The position numbers and the translations under genes are program-made. A stretch of DNA of 64,000 bases from Rhodothermales bacterium (GTDB taxonomy: Bacteria; Bacteroidota; Rhodothermia; Rhodothermales; VXPQ01), in contig JBBDTI010000075.1 of the NCBI GenBank assembly GCA_040904565.1, positions 32,001-96,000 of the forward strand. The letters run 5' to 3'. Shown in pieces: positions 19,287 to 28,716 of this stretch; position 1 is the first letter of the stretch, and each line of letters opens with the position of its first letter. Below the pieces are notes generated by a model that did no database searches, had not been told where the DNA came from, and worked only from the letters and a program-made list of their open reading frames with translations.

Positions 19287-22200
19287 TCACGCGTCCTGGT
19301 GTACCGGGCGTGGGGCCAGCACACGCACCGTAGTGCCGTCGCCCGGAGTGGATTCGAGGGTGAGGTTGGCTTCAATCGCCTCCGCCCATTCGGAGATGCC
19401 CAGCAGTCCGAAATGCTGACTTCGTGCCAGCGTCAACAGGCTCTTAGGAACGTTGAATCCGCGCCCGTCATCGGTGATTTCAAGGAGCACGCCGGAATCA
19501 TCCAGCTCGAAGCGCACGAGCACGTTAGATGCGTCGGCGTGCCGGATGACATTCGTGATTGCACTTTGATATATACGAAACAGGGAATGACGGAGATGCT
19601 CGTTCAGCTCCTGTCTGTCAGGCGCGAGATCAAGCGTAGCGTTCATGTTCGGCTGCGACCTCATGATCGTCCGCATATGAGCACGGATGGCTTTCTCCAG
19701 GCCGAATGGACCGAGAGAAGGCGGGCGAAGTTCGCCGCAGAGGATGCGCAGGTCTTCGGCCGTCTGCTGGACGACGCCATGGAGGTCTTCGAGCATCTTC
19801 TCGCGTTCAGAGTCGGCCGGGTCGCGAGCCAGGACCTCGATCTTGTGCCGAATCGAATAGAGATTCTGGAGCGGGCTGTCGTGCAGCTCGCGAGCGAGAT
19901 AATGCCGTTCTCGTTCTCGACCTTCCGTGAGAAGTCGTAGTGTTTCTGACTTTACGCGCTGCTCGCGATTATATCGGTACATGGCAACGGATCCTCCGAC
20001 GAGTCCGATCGCCAGAATGGCCGAAACCCGGAACCAGAGCGTCTGCCACCACGGCGGGATGATGCGCAGCCGGAGCCATACCGTGTTCCACGCGCCCTGG
20101 CTGTTTGCCGCGCGCACGCGGAAGATATACTCATCCTGCCGCGGTCTGAAGTTCGCGTAAGAAGCCCTTCCCAGGGATCCCGACATGTGCTGCCAGCCCG
20201 CGTCGTAGCCCTCCAGCCTGTACTGATACTGATGCATCGACGGATTCGTGAAGTCGAGGACGGCAAATTCGAGCGTGAAGAACCGGTCTGAGTACGAGAG
20301 GGATACGGTCTGCTCGGACGGGATTTCCCAATCGACGACCTCATCCATTTTCTTAAGCGTCGTGAATACGACGGGCGGCTGCCGGTCCTGATCGTATTCC
20401 GGCAGTGGAGGGCGGAAGTGACTGAAGCCGTTGCGGCCGCCGATGACGATCGAGCCGGTATGCGTAAGGAGGAGGGCGCCGGAACTGTACTGATTCGGAC
20501 TCAGTCCGTTGCGATCGTTGAAATGGCGCACCGTTGCCGTTTCCGGATCGAAATAAGTGAGTCGATTAGCAGCTGTGATCCAGAGGGCGCCATTTCCGTC
20601 GCCCGTAATGGAGAAATACGGTTCCGGTGTGAAGCCCTCGTCGATTGTGTAGCGGGTCACCTGTTCACTGGCCGGATCGAATCGATTCAGGCCACCGTAG
20701 GTGCCGAGCCAGAGGATGCCGTCCGCGTCCTCGTAGATCGAAGCGATCCGGTCGTGGCTCAGGGAGGCGTCGTTCCGGGGAGCGTGTCGGTACGTCGTAA
20801 ACGTTTCCGTTGCCCTGTCGAACCGGTTGAGTCCACCACCGACCGTGCCGATCCACAGCGTCCCTTTGCGGTCCTCATAAATGACCTGGACGCTGTTGTC
20901 GCTCAGCGTCGTCGGATCGTACGGGTCGTTCCGATATCTCGTGAACGTTCCTTTGACGGGATCGAGCCTGCTGAGCCCGCCCCCATCCGTTGCAGCCCAG
21001 ACGTAACCAGACGCTGCGACGTGAACGTCCAGTATCGCATTGGAGCCGATCGAGGACGGATCATCAGGTGCATAGCCGTAGTGGGTCGTTCGGCCCGTCG
21101 CGTGATCGTAGGAGAAGAGACCGTCACCGTTCGTACCTATCCAGAGGTTGCCGCCGAGGTCTTCGTCGATCCCCGTGACGACGCTGTTGTGGAACCACGC
21201 GGCCGAATTCGGTGCTTCGATACGGCGAAACGTTTCCGTCCGGAGGTCAAAGCAATCGATGCCACCTCCATCCGTACCGATCCAGAGCACATTCGGCTGG
21301 TTCGCACCGCGGTGCAGCGCGAGCACGTCGTCGTTAGAGAGAGAGTTGGGATCACCTTCCACGTGGGTATAATGTTGATGGCGTTCCTGCGCGAGGTTGT
21401 AGATGGAAAGGCCGCGGCTGCTGCCTACCCATAGATTGCCGGCTCTATCCTCGTACAGTTCGGTGACGATATTGCTTGCGATGCTGGAAGGATCGCTCTC
21501 GTCATACATGAATCGTCGGAATTGCCGGGTGGCTCGGTCGTAGCGTGCGAGTCCACCATCGTAGGTTCCGACCCACAGAACGCCTCGAGAATCCTGTAGA
21601 ATGCTCCAGACCTTGTTGTCGCCGATCGTGCCGGGATCATCCGGGGCGTGGGTGAAGGCTTCGAAGGACGTCATGGATGCATCGAGGCGGTTGAGTCCAC
21701 CTCCGGAGATACCGATCCATACGTCGCCGAACTGATCGGATTCGATGGCGCGAATCCGGTTACCCGTCAGATGCGGCGTGTCGACCTGGTCTGCCGTGAA
21801 CCGTGTGACGGTACGCGATACGGGATCGAGTCGATTTAGTCCGCCGTCCCAGGTGCCCACCAGCAGGTTTCCCTCAGCATCCTCCCCGAGGCACCAGATC
21901 TTATCGTGGCTGAGGCTTCGCGGATTGCCGGGTTCGTGGCGGAAATGTTCGAAGCGGCCGCTCTCCCTATCGAGGCGTGCGAGCCCCTCTAAGGTTCCGA
22001 TCCAGATCCTGCCGGATGCATCTTCGTGGAGCGACGTTACGACGGCGCTGTTCAGCCCGTCAGGCCGATTGCACGGCTCGACGCCGCAGTCGTAGACCGG
22101 ATAGCGGATGAACGCGTTCCGTTCTCGATCGAAGCGATTGAGTCCACCCCAGCGCGTGGCAATCCAGATGTTGCCCTCCTCGTCTTCAAGCAGGTCCTCG

Positions 22201-22577
22201 ACACGACTATCTGCCAGGGAGAGCGTGTCGTCCGACTCATGTTCGTAGACCGTAAAGCTGTTTCCGTCGTACTTGTTCAGCCCGCTCTCCGTGCCGATCC
22301 ACATGAATCCGTAGCGATCCTGGAGGATCGCATACACCACGTTATTAGAAAGTCCATCCTGAGCAGAGAGCCGCGTAAACCGGTAGCGCGTCTCATCGAT
22401 CGGCTCGGAGAACGCCGACCCTGCGAGCACAATCGTGCCACTCAACAAGATCAACAAATGTACGAGCCTGTCCGTGCACCACGTCGTCACGCTACGATGT
22501 GAAGGATAAACGGGAGGCATCTGCGGTGATGGTCCGGGAGGTTTTGACGAGGTCTCGGAGGCAGCACCCCTCCGCAT
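19287..22577 (-). CDS. Sensor histidine kinase: double beta-propeller (Reg_prop) + Y_Y_Y + TM + HisKA_3 + HATPase
   Basis: Many L.ED..G.LWIGT..GL.R.D repeats, YQYRLEGYD..W, PPWWQTLWF TM, ARELHD, NVIRHA, DDGRGF; start 22577 or 22520. Confidence 0.93.
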   Translation of the reverse strand: MRRGAASETSSKPPGPSPQMPPVYPSHRSVTTWCTDRLVHLLILLSGTIVLAGSAFSEPIDETRYRFTRLSAQDGLSNNVVYAILQDRYGFMWIGTESGLNKYDGNSFTVYEHESDDTLSLADSRVEDLLEDEEGNIWIATRWGGLNRFDRERNAFIRYPVYDCGVEPCNRPDGLNSAVVTSLHEDASGRIWIGTLEGLARLDRESGRFEHFRHEPGNPRSLSHDKIWCLGEDAEGNLLVGTWDGGLNRLDPVSRTVTRFTADQVDTPHLTGNRIRAIESDQFGDVWIGISGGGLNRLDASMTSFEAFTHAPDDPGTIGDNKVWSILQDSRGVLWVGTYDGGLARYDRATRQFRRFMYDESDPSSIASNIVTELYEDRAGNLWVGSSRGLSIYNLAQERHQHYTHVEGDPNSLSNDDVLALHRGANQPNVLWIGTDGGGIDCFDLRTETFRRIEAPNSAAWFHNSVVTGIDEDLGGNLWIGTNGDGLFSYDHATGRTTHYGYAPDDPSSIGSNAILDVHVAASGYVWAATDGGGLSRLDPVKGTFTRYRNDPYDPTTLSDNSVQVIYEDRKGTLWIGTVGGGLNRFDRATETFTTYRHAPRNDASLSHDRIASIYEDADGILWLGTYGGLNRFDPASEQVTRYTIDEGFTPEPYFSITGDGNGALWITAANRLTYFDPETATVRHFNDRNGLSPNQYSSGALLLTHTGSIVIGGRNGFSHFRPPLPEYDQDRQPPVVFTTLKKMDEVVDWEIPSEQTVSLSYSDRFFTLEFAVLDFTNPSMHQYQYRLEGYDAGWQHMSGSLGRASYANFRPRQDEYIFRVRAANSQGAWNTVWLRLRIIPPWWQTLWFRVSAILAIGLVGGSVAMYRYNREQRVKSETLRLLTEGRERERHYLARELHDSPLQNLYSIRHKIEVLARDPADSEREKMLEDLHGVVQQTAEDLRILCGELRPPSLGPFGLEKAIRAHMRTIMRSQPNMNATLDLAPDRQELNEHLRHSLFRIYQSAITNVIRHADASNVLVRFELDDSGVLLEITDDGRGFNVPKSLLTLARSQHFGLLGISEWAEAIEANLTLESTPGDGTTVRVLAPRPVHQDA

Positions 22578-22677
22578 GCTACCGTGCCACGCCGGCTCTG
22601 TCCATCACGGCGAGCGGAAGCGGGCCGTGTTGTGCAGTGACGTGCGGTACGGCCTCATGCTGGGTTGCACGATGCCG

Positions 22678-22749
22678 TGTGGTGCTGCGTTGTTTCTGGC
22701 GTGTCGCGCTGCGTTGTTTCGGGCGCCGTGCGCCATGCTGCTTCGATGG
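22678..22749. repeat. 24-bp tandem repeat, 2 good copies plus a degenerate third
   Basis: tgtggtgctgcgttgtttctggcg / tgtcgcgctgcgttgtttcgggcg / ccgtgcgccatgctgcttcgatgg. Confidence 0.6.
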
Positions 22750-22839
22750 CGTAAGATACTATGTTTCAGACTGTTGTAAAGGGGGCATATCCCCGCGCCG
22801 ACGGAATTGGTGCGGCTCATTGCTGGCGCACGCCTGATT

Positions 22840-22891
22840 CGTAGTGTCGCAGTGTCACGACCGTAGTGTGAGAGTGCCTGCTGCGTAGTGT
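22840..22891. promoter_or_regulatory. Three CGTAGTGT direct repeats at exact 22-bp spacing, putative regulator-binding array
   Basis: CGTAGTGT at 22840, 22862 and 22884; internal AGTG also phased at 22851 and 22873. Confidence 0.6.
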
Positions 22892-23161
22892 CTGACCGCC
22901 ACTCATTCAGGTAGAGATTGCCACCGGAATGGCAGTCTCAACTCATGACAATATCAACGGATACCGCGTACTTGTCTCCAGATCGTGCAGGGGCCGGTTC
23001 AATGCAGGGACTGGACTCATACAGCGCCCCGTCCCATGGACGGTCCCATATTCGGTCACATACAGCGTTCGGTGCAAGAATGCCGGTGCAAAAATGATCG
23101 AACGACGGCGGACTCCGTCGGACCACCCTCACTGTCCTACTGACTGAATTCGTAAGATGCC

Positions 23162-23335
23162 ATGAAACAATTTGTTTCCATCTTTCTCTCCGCCGTTTTC
23201 GCCTCCGCCATCTTGATCGGATGTGGATTTGTCGATAGCAATACGAGCCGTGTCGAATCCGAGGAGCCGACGACCATCGAGAGAACCAATATCGGAGCCT
23301 TTGCTACGGCCGATACCACGGGATTCGAGGGATAG
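23162..23335 (+). CDS. Small lipoprotein (57 aa), absent from the ORF track
   Basis: Hand translation MKQFVSIFLSAVFASAILIG-CGFVDSNTSRVESEEPTTIERTNIGAFATADTTGFEG*; classic signal peptide II with lipobox LIG-C. Confidence 0.75.
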   Translation: MKQFVSIFLSAVFASAILIGCGFVDSNTSRVESEEPTTIERTNIGAFATADTTGFEG

Positions 23336-23359
23336 TGTGAAGGGCTGTCTCTTGTGAAC

Positions 23360-23504
23360 ACAACGTCGGAAGACGTACGACAATCCGTGCCTCGTTGCAC
23401 ATCTAATGCTGCAGGGAGTAAGGGGATGACTCCCTTGCGGCCGCGAGACGGCGTCACGCAACGTGATGCCTGCACGGAACGGCGAAGTCTGACAACGGAC
23501 TTCG
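23360..23504 (+). ncRNA. Candidate structured RNA / structured 3' UTR
   Basis: Stems ACGTC-GGAA-GACGT, GGGAGT/ACTCCC, GCCG/CGGC, GGCGTCACG/CGTGATGCC and CGAAGTCTG-ACAA-CGGACTTCG; long-range pair TCCGTGC/GCACGGA; no credible ORF on +. Confidence 0.45.
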
Positions 23505-23511
23505 TATAAGG

Positions 23512-23557
23512 ATCCGCGCCACCCGCAGCTCTCTCCGGGTGGCGCGGATTTTTTTTT
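23512..23557 (+). terminator. Rho-independent terminator
   Basis: 14-bp stem ATCCGCGCCACCCG / CGGGTGGCGCGGAT followed by a T run. Confidence 0.9.
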
Positions 23558-23601
23558 GCTTCCTCGGTGCCGGTGCCGGTGCCTCAGGAGTAACCGGTGC
23601 C

Positions 23602-24744
23602 TCAGACGTAATCGGGGGCGCTCTGCACGTCCACCAGTTTTCTTGAGATGGTGCTGATCGACTCGGCGCCGTTGTTCGTGACGACGACATCGTCTTCGAT
23701 GCGGGCACCTCCAAGCTGTGGGATGTAGATGCCCGGCTCGATCGTAAACGTCATACCTTCCTCCAGAACCACGTCGTTGTTTGCTCGGATGTAAGGCGGC
23801 TCGTGGACGTCGAGGCCGAGGCCGTGTCCCGTTCGATGGATAAACCGGGACCCGAATCCGGCGTTCTCTACGACGGCGCGTGCGGCACGATCGACCTGGC
23901 CTGCCGTTCTTCCCGGGGCGGCCGCGTCGCGCGCTGCGCTATTGGCCTCCCTCACGATGTGGACGATGCGATGCAGATCGTCCGGTACCGGGCCGTAGCT
24001 AAACATTCGTGTCAGGTCGGAGAAATAGCCTTCGGCATTCGCCCCCCAGTCTACCAGCAAAAGATCGCCTTCAGCGAGTGGCCGGTCTCCCGGGACTGCG
24101 TGCGGGTTGGCGGTCGAGGAGCCAAAGGCCACGATTGGAGAGAAGGGCAGCCGGGGCGCGCTGCCGCCTTCAAGGAGGTAGGCAGTCAGACGGGATGCCA
24201 GCTCTCTCTCCGTGATGCCGGGCGTGACGTGCGACAGTACGCGCTCGAGCGCCTTCTCGGCGATGTGTACGGCCCGGCGAATACGTGCCACTTCGTCGGC
24301 ATCCTTACGGGCGCGCAGGACCGACAGCGCCTCGGCACCATCCACAAACGCGGCTCGTGGTGCCGCGTGCTCGAAATAGCGAAGCTCCAGTACGCGGAAT
24401 CGTTCCGGTTCGAGTCCGATCGTGGCAAAGTCGAGCCGTGCCTCGTCCGACGCCCGCTGAAACGCCCGCTGCCATGTCGTTGTGTCCTCGCCATATGCAT
24501 GGATCTGTGCATCAAAGCCGATGTTCGAAGTTTTCTCTGTCTCGAGCTCGGGCAGGACCAACAGCGGAACCCCGTCCTTGCGGAAAATACCGACGACAGG
24601 ACGTTCGCTGAGGTGGAACGAGAGCCCCGTCAAATACGTCATTGATGAACCCGCATTCAGAAGCAGCGCGTCCAGCCCCAGTCTATCGAATTGTTCGCCC
24701 AGTCGTCGCTGTCGATCTTCGAGCTGATTGTTCGGTTTGGTCAT
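23602..24744 (-). CDS. Xaa-Pro peptidase / prolidase (M24B)
   Basis: ANPHA, VDWG, YFSDLTR, HRTGHGLGLDVHEPP, TIEPGIY, RIEDDV. Confidence 0.93.
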   Translation of the reverse strand: MTKPNNQLEDRQRRLGEQFDRLGLDALLLNAGSSMTYLTGLSFHLSERPVVGIFRKDGVPLLVLPELETEKTSNIGFDAQIHAYGEDTTTWQRAFQRASDEARLDFATIGLEPERFRVLELRYFEHAAPRAAFVDGAEALSVLRARKDADEVARIRRAVHIAEKALERVLSHVTPGITERELASRLTAYLLEGGSAPRLPFSPIVAFGSSTANPHAVPGDRPLAEGDLLLVDWGANAEGYFSDLTRMFSYGPVPDDLHRIVHIVREANSAARDAAAPGRTAGQVDRAARAVVENAGFGSRFIHRTGHGLGLDVHEPPYIRANNDVVLEEGMTFTIEPGIYIPQLGGARIEDDVVVTNNGAESISTISRKLVDVQSAPDYV

Positions 24745-24927
24745 GCGCCATATGCGAGATATTCTGAAGTAGTGGTCGACTTTTGCGTAAGTTGCTCGGC
24801 GTGGATAGATTTGGAAGCGGATTCATGGGGATCGTTTCCGTTCATTTATTCTTCACTACGACAGGAAAACACCCGTACTCCGCGCGCAGTAAGCTCCGCG
24901 TAGACCTATTCGCGACGTTCATCCGTA

Positions 24928-26370
24928 ATGACCTTTTTTGCATTCGGTGTAAATCACCTCAGAGCTCCGGTCGACGTACGTGAAGCTTTTGCGCTCGACG
25001 AAGAGGGCAAACGTGGCTTGTATCGTCAGCTCGAACTCGGGCCATCCTCCGAACTTCTGCTGCTTTCTACGTGCAATCGTACCGAAGCGTATCTATATGG
25101 TACGGAGCCGGACGTCGAGGTGGTAAGGGGGGCCCTGAGTGATGCGGCCGGGACGACGTGGCCTGAAGAGAGTGCCTTCTTCTTTCAGGACGAGGCAGCG
25201 ATCCAGCACGTTCTCGAGGTAGCGGCCGGACTCAAATCGCTCGTACTCGGGGATGCGCAGATTTTTTCACAACTGAAGGAGGGATACCGGATCGCCGTCG
25301 AGGAGCAGCGGATGGATACGACGATGCACCGCCTCCTTCATACTGCTTTTCGCACGGCGAAGCGCGTCATCAACGAGACGGATCTGTCGACCGGTGCCGC
25401 GTCGATACCGCATCAGGCCGTCGAGGCCGCAAAGGCGCATGTTCGATCTCACCGCGGACAGGCGCTCGATGCGCTGAGCGCGCTCGTCGTGGGGTCGGGG
25501 AGCATGGGACTCATTGCGGCGGAGGCGCTCTGTCTGGAACGCATTCGCAGTCTGTCCTTTACGAACCGGTCGGAGGAGCGTGGACGTGCGGCCTCATCGA
25601 AGTATCACGCGACATTCGTTCCATGGAGCGACCGATATCAGGCGGCGGCGGCGGCGGATGTAGTCATCGTAGCGACGTCGGCGGAAGAGCCTGTGCTGTT
25701 CTTCGAGCCGTTTCGCGACGCGGGCGTGTCCGACGGCCTGCTTATCATCGACATCTCCGTGCCGCGGAACGTGGAGCGAGGTATCGAAGAGCTGCCGGGC
25801 ATCCACGTAATCAACGTGGACCAGCTCATAGAGGTCGCGGAAGGGACGCAGGAGGTACGGGCATCGGCCGTACCCGATGCCCGCCGCATCGTTGACGAGA
25901 TGCTCGGGGAATTCGTGTCCTGGGTATTTCACCATCAAGCCTTGCAGCCGGCGATTCGAGCCATCGGGGAGACGTTCGAGGCGATTCGCGTACAGGAGGT
26001 CAACCGGCACCATCAGCGCTTCTCAGAGGCGGACCGAGCCGAGCTCGACCGGATTACGCGATCGATCATCCAGAAGCTGCTCGCCGTACCGATCGTCCGT
26101 CTCAAGAGCGTCGACCCGGAGAGCATTAATTTTGCGCACGGTATTCGCCTGCTGCATGCGCTGTTCGAGCGACAGGAGTGTGAAGACGATCGAGTCGGCA
26201 CGTCGAGCGATGCGCCGCCATTGGATTCGCGATCCGAAGCGCTTAGAGAAGACTGTCCGATCGAGCCGCAGCTGCCCGGCGCTCCCTTTGCCGACGAAGA
26301 GCTGGAGATGGATCTCAGAGATATTCTCCGCTCCTTTCCCGGCCGGGATGAAGGAACGACGGCGTCATGA
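24928..26370 (+). CDS. hemA: Glutamyl-tRNA reductase with acidic C-terminal extension
   Basis: GVNH..APVDVRE, LSTCNRTE, GDAQI, GSGSMG, DISVPRNV. Confidence 0.95.
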   Translation: MTFFAFGVNHLRAPVDVREAFALDEEGKRGLYRQLELGPSSELLLLSTCNRTEAYLYGTEPDVEVVRGALSDAAGTTWPEESAFFFQDEAAIQHVLEVAAGLKSLVLGDAQIFSQLKEGYRIAVEEQRMDTTMHRLLHTAFRTAKRVINETDLSTGAASIPHQAVEAAKAHVRSHRGQALDALSALVVGSGSMGLIAAEALCLERIRSLSFTNRSEERGRAASSKYHATFVPWSDRYQAAAAADVVIVATSAEEPVLFFEPFRDAGVSDGLLIIDISVPRNVERGIEELPGIHVINVDQLIEVAEGTQEVRASAVPDARRIVDEMLGEFVSWVFHHQALQPAIRAIGETFEAIRVQEVNRHHQRFSEADRAELDRITRSIIQKLLAVPIVRLKSVDPESINFAHGIRLLHALFERQECEDDRVGTSSDAPPLDSRSEALREDCPIEPQLPGAPFADEELEMDLRDILRSFPGRDEGTTAS

Positions 26371-27305
26371 GCGCCGATTCGCTCGTTCTGGGAACGAGAG
26401 GGAGTGCGCTCGCGCTTCGACAGGCCCGACTCGTGCAACAACAGCTCGACGACCTGGGATACGAGGTCGAGCTCCGCATCATCAAGACCACGGGCGATCG
26501 GATTCTCGACGTACCGTTATCCGACATCGGCGATAAGGGCCTGTTTACGAAGGAACTCGATCTCGCGCTCCTGGAGGGTTCGATTCAGCTCGCCGTACAT
26601 TCATTGAAGGATCTGCCGACGCGGCTTCCGGACGGGCTGGTTATCGCCGCCGTGACGGAGCGTGAGGATCCTCGAGACGCCTTTGTGGCCCATCCCGCTT
26701 TTAGTGGGGCGCTCGTGGACGTTCCTGAGGGAGCGATGATCGCGACGGCGTCCCTGCGCCGGCGCGCTCAGCTGAAGGCCTGGCGCAGCGATCTACGCAT
26801 CGAGCCCGTCCGTGGCAACGTCGACACGCGTCTGCAAAAGCTCGACGGAGGAGACTGGACGGGCATCGTGCTTGCCGCTGCCGGACTCCTGCGCCTCGGC
26901 ATGGAGGAGCGCATCACGGAGGCCATCGATCCTGCGTTCATGCTGCCCGCCGTCGGACAGGGTGCGCTGGCTATCGTGTGTGCGGAATCCGACATGCCCA
27001 CGCAAGATCTACTTCGATCCGTCCTCCACCATTCCGATACAGCTAATGCCGTTATTGCAGAAAGGGCACTCCTCCATCGACTCCAGGGTGGGTGCTCCAT
27101 ACCCGTGGGCTGTTACGCTACGGTACACCAGGATCGTCTGGTGATGGAGGGATGCGTGGCGGATCTGGAAGGCCGGCGTGTCGTTCGCGGCAGCATAGAA
27201 GGCGTCGTTTCGGATGCGGAAGTGATGGGGCGCGAACTGGGAGACGAACTCATAGCGCGGGGGGCCGGCGCCATCCTGGATGAGATTCGTAACGCGTCGT
27301 CATGA
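26367..27305 (+). CDS. hemC: Hydroxymethylbilane synthase
   Basis: GTRGSALAL.Q, TTGD, GLFTKEL, VHSLKDLP, RGNVDTRL, GGCSIP; ATGA overlap with hemA. Confidence 0.97.
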   Translation: MSADSLVLGTRGSALALRQARLVQQQLDDLGYEVELRIIKTTGDRILDVPLSDIGDKGLFTKELDLALLEGSIQLAVHSLKDLPTRLPDGLVIAAVTEREDPRDAFVAHPAFSGALVDVPEGAMIATASLRRRAQLKAWRSDLRIEPVRGNVDTRLQKLDGGDWTGIVLAAAGLLRLGMEERITEAIDPAFMLPAVGQGALAIVCAESDMPTQDLLRSVLHHSDTANAVIAERALLHRLQGGCSIPVGCYATVHQDRLVMEGCVADLEGRRVVRGSIEGVVSDAEVMGRELGDELIARGAGAILDEIRNASS

Positions 27306-28039
27306 TGAGCCCGCTGGCCGTACTGCTTCGATCTGGTGATGAGGACGATCCGTACGAAGCGGCGTTCTCGGAGCAGGGATTTGATGTTCGTTCGATTCCG
27401 GTGCTCGCGTTTAAACTCGTCAATCTGGACAAGCTTCGTGACCTCATCAGTCGCCCCGACGAGTACTCGGGATTGATGCTAACGAGTCCACGTGCCGTCG
27501 ACGCGCTCGGTGAGGTGCTCCTGCGGGGATCGGTTTTCCTTGAGCGATGGCGCGGCAAACCAGTCTTCGTCGTCGGGTCGCGGACGGCGGACGGCGTCCG
27601 AGCGCTCGGCCTTGATCCGGTGGGGGAGGGGTCCGGTTCTGCTCAAGTCCTGGCTCGGCTCATTCTGAGCGAGCCCATTCACAACCAGCTGCTATTCCTT
27701 TCCGGAGATCGGCGGCTGGACGAGCTTCCGTCGACCTTGCGAGACGCGGGGACGCCGTTCGCTGAGCTCTGCGTCTACGAGACCCGTCTGCGTCCGGAGA
27801 TAGACTGGCCCGTGGATCGACCCGTCGACTGGATCGTCTTTTTCAGCCCGTCAGGCATCGAGGCCGTCGAAGGTACGGATCCTGGACTACTGGAAGCGGT
27901 CCACGTCGCTGCGATCGGGGAGACGACGGCTACGGCGTTGCGTGATCGCGGCGTCGAGGTGGATGCTGTAGCGACCGAGCCGAATGCGCAAGCTTTAAGT
28001 GAGGCCGTCCGTGCGGCCTACGACCGTATCCGCTCCTGA
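27302..28039 (+). CDS. hemD: Uroporphyrinogen-III synthase
   Basis: LTSPRAV, VG..TA, VYET, FFSPSG, AIGETTA; follows hemC. Confidence 0.9.
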   Translation: MMSPLAVLLRSGDEDDPYEAAFSEQGFDVRSIPVLAFKLVNLDKLRDLISRPDEYSGLMLTSPRAVDALGEVLLRGSVFLERWRGKPVFVVGSRTADGVRALGLDPVGEGSGSAQVLARLILSEPIHNQLLFLSGDRRLDELPSTLRDAGTPFAELCVYETRLRPEIDWPVDRPVDWIVFFSPSGIEAVEGTDPGLLEAVHVAAIGETTATALRDRGVEVDAVATEPNAQALSEAVRAAYDRIRS

Positions 28040-28666
28040 CGCTGCGTCGAGGGCTGCACGAATGTCCGCCGCGGCTCGAACGGGATTTGCGGCGAGCGTG
28101 ATGGCGGTCATCACGGCGATCCCATGTGCACCGGCATTCATGACCGATTCGACGCGTTCCGCCGTGACGCCGGCAATCGCGATGACGGGAACGCCGACGG
28201 CTTCGCACACCCTGGTCAGCGTCGCAAGGCCCTTCACCGAGGCCGGATTTCGTTTGCTGGCCGTCTTGAAGACGGGTCCAAACCCGACATAATCGGCCCC
28301 GTCGTCTTCGATCCGAAGAGCCTGTTCGAGTGTCGTCGCCGTTCCACCGATCAATGCCTCTGGACCGAGCACGCGCCGGGCGGCCGGAATCGGAAAATCG
28401 GACTGCCCGAGGTGGACGCCATCAGCCGATACGGCCTGCGCAACATCGATCCGATCATCGACCACGAACACCGCCGATTGCCGGCGACAGACTTCGGCGG
28501 TTTCAGCGGCTTCCTTCAGTACATGCCGGATGCCGCTGTGTTTTTCTCGGAACTGAATCGTATCCGCACCGCCCTCGATGGCGAGGCGTGCTATTTCCGC
28601 GTGGGAATAGCGCTGTTGGAAGTGATAGTCCGTGAGGACGTGAAATCGTCCGATTGTACGCTGCAT
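27995..28666 (-). CDS. thiE: Thiamine-phosphate synthase
   Basis: IQFREK, DDRIDVA..ADGVHLGQSD, GFGPVF.TASK, PVIAIAG; tail overlaps the hemD tail. Confidence 0.92.
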   Translation of the reverse strand: MQRTIGRFHVLTDYHFQQRYSHAEIARLAIEGGADTIQFREKHSGIRHVLKEAAETAEVCRRQSAVFVVDDRIDVAQAVSADGVHLGQSDFPIPAARRVLGPEALIGGTATTLEQALRIEDDGADYVGFGPVFKTASKRNPASVKGLATLTRVCEAVGVPVIAIAGVTAERVESVMNAGAHGIAVMTAITLAANPVRAAADIRAALDAASGADTVVGRTDGLT

Positions 28667-28716
28667 GTTGGCGACTGGAAGAGGAAACCTGAGGAATGTG
28701 TTAGTATGAGATCGGT

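Noticed and set aside
22929-23147. 72-aa ORF upstream of the small lipoprotein
   Set aside because: No motif or coding-like composition; the region looks like a leader with short repeats and hairpins.
28667-28716. TPP riboswitch ahead of thiE
   Set aside because: The gap is only about 50 bp and no CTGAGA-type core was seen.
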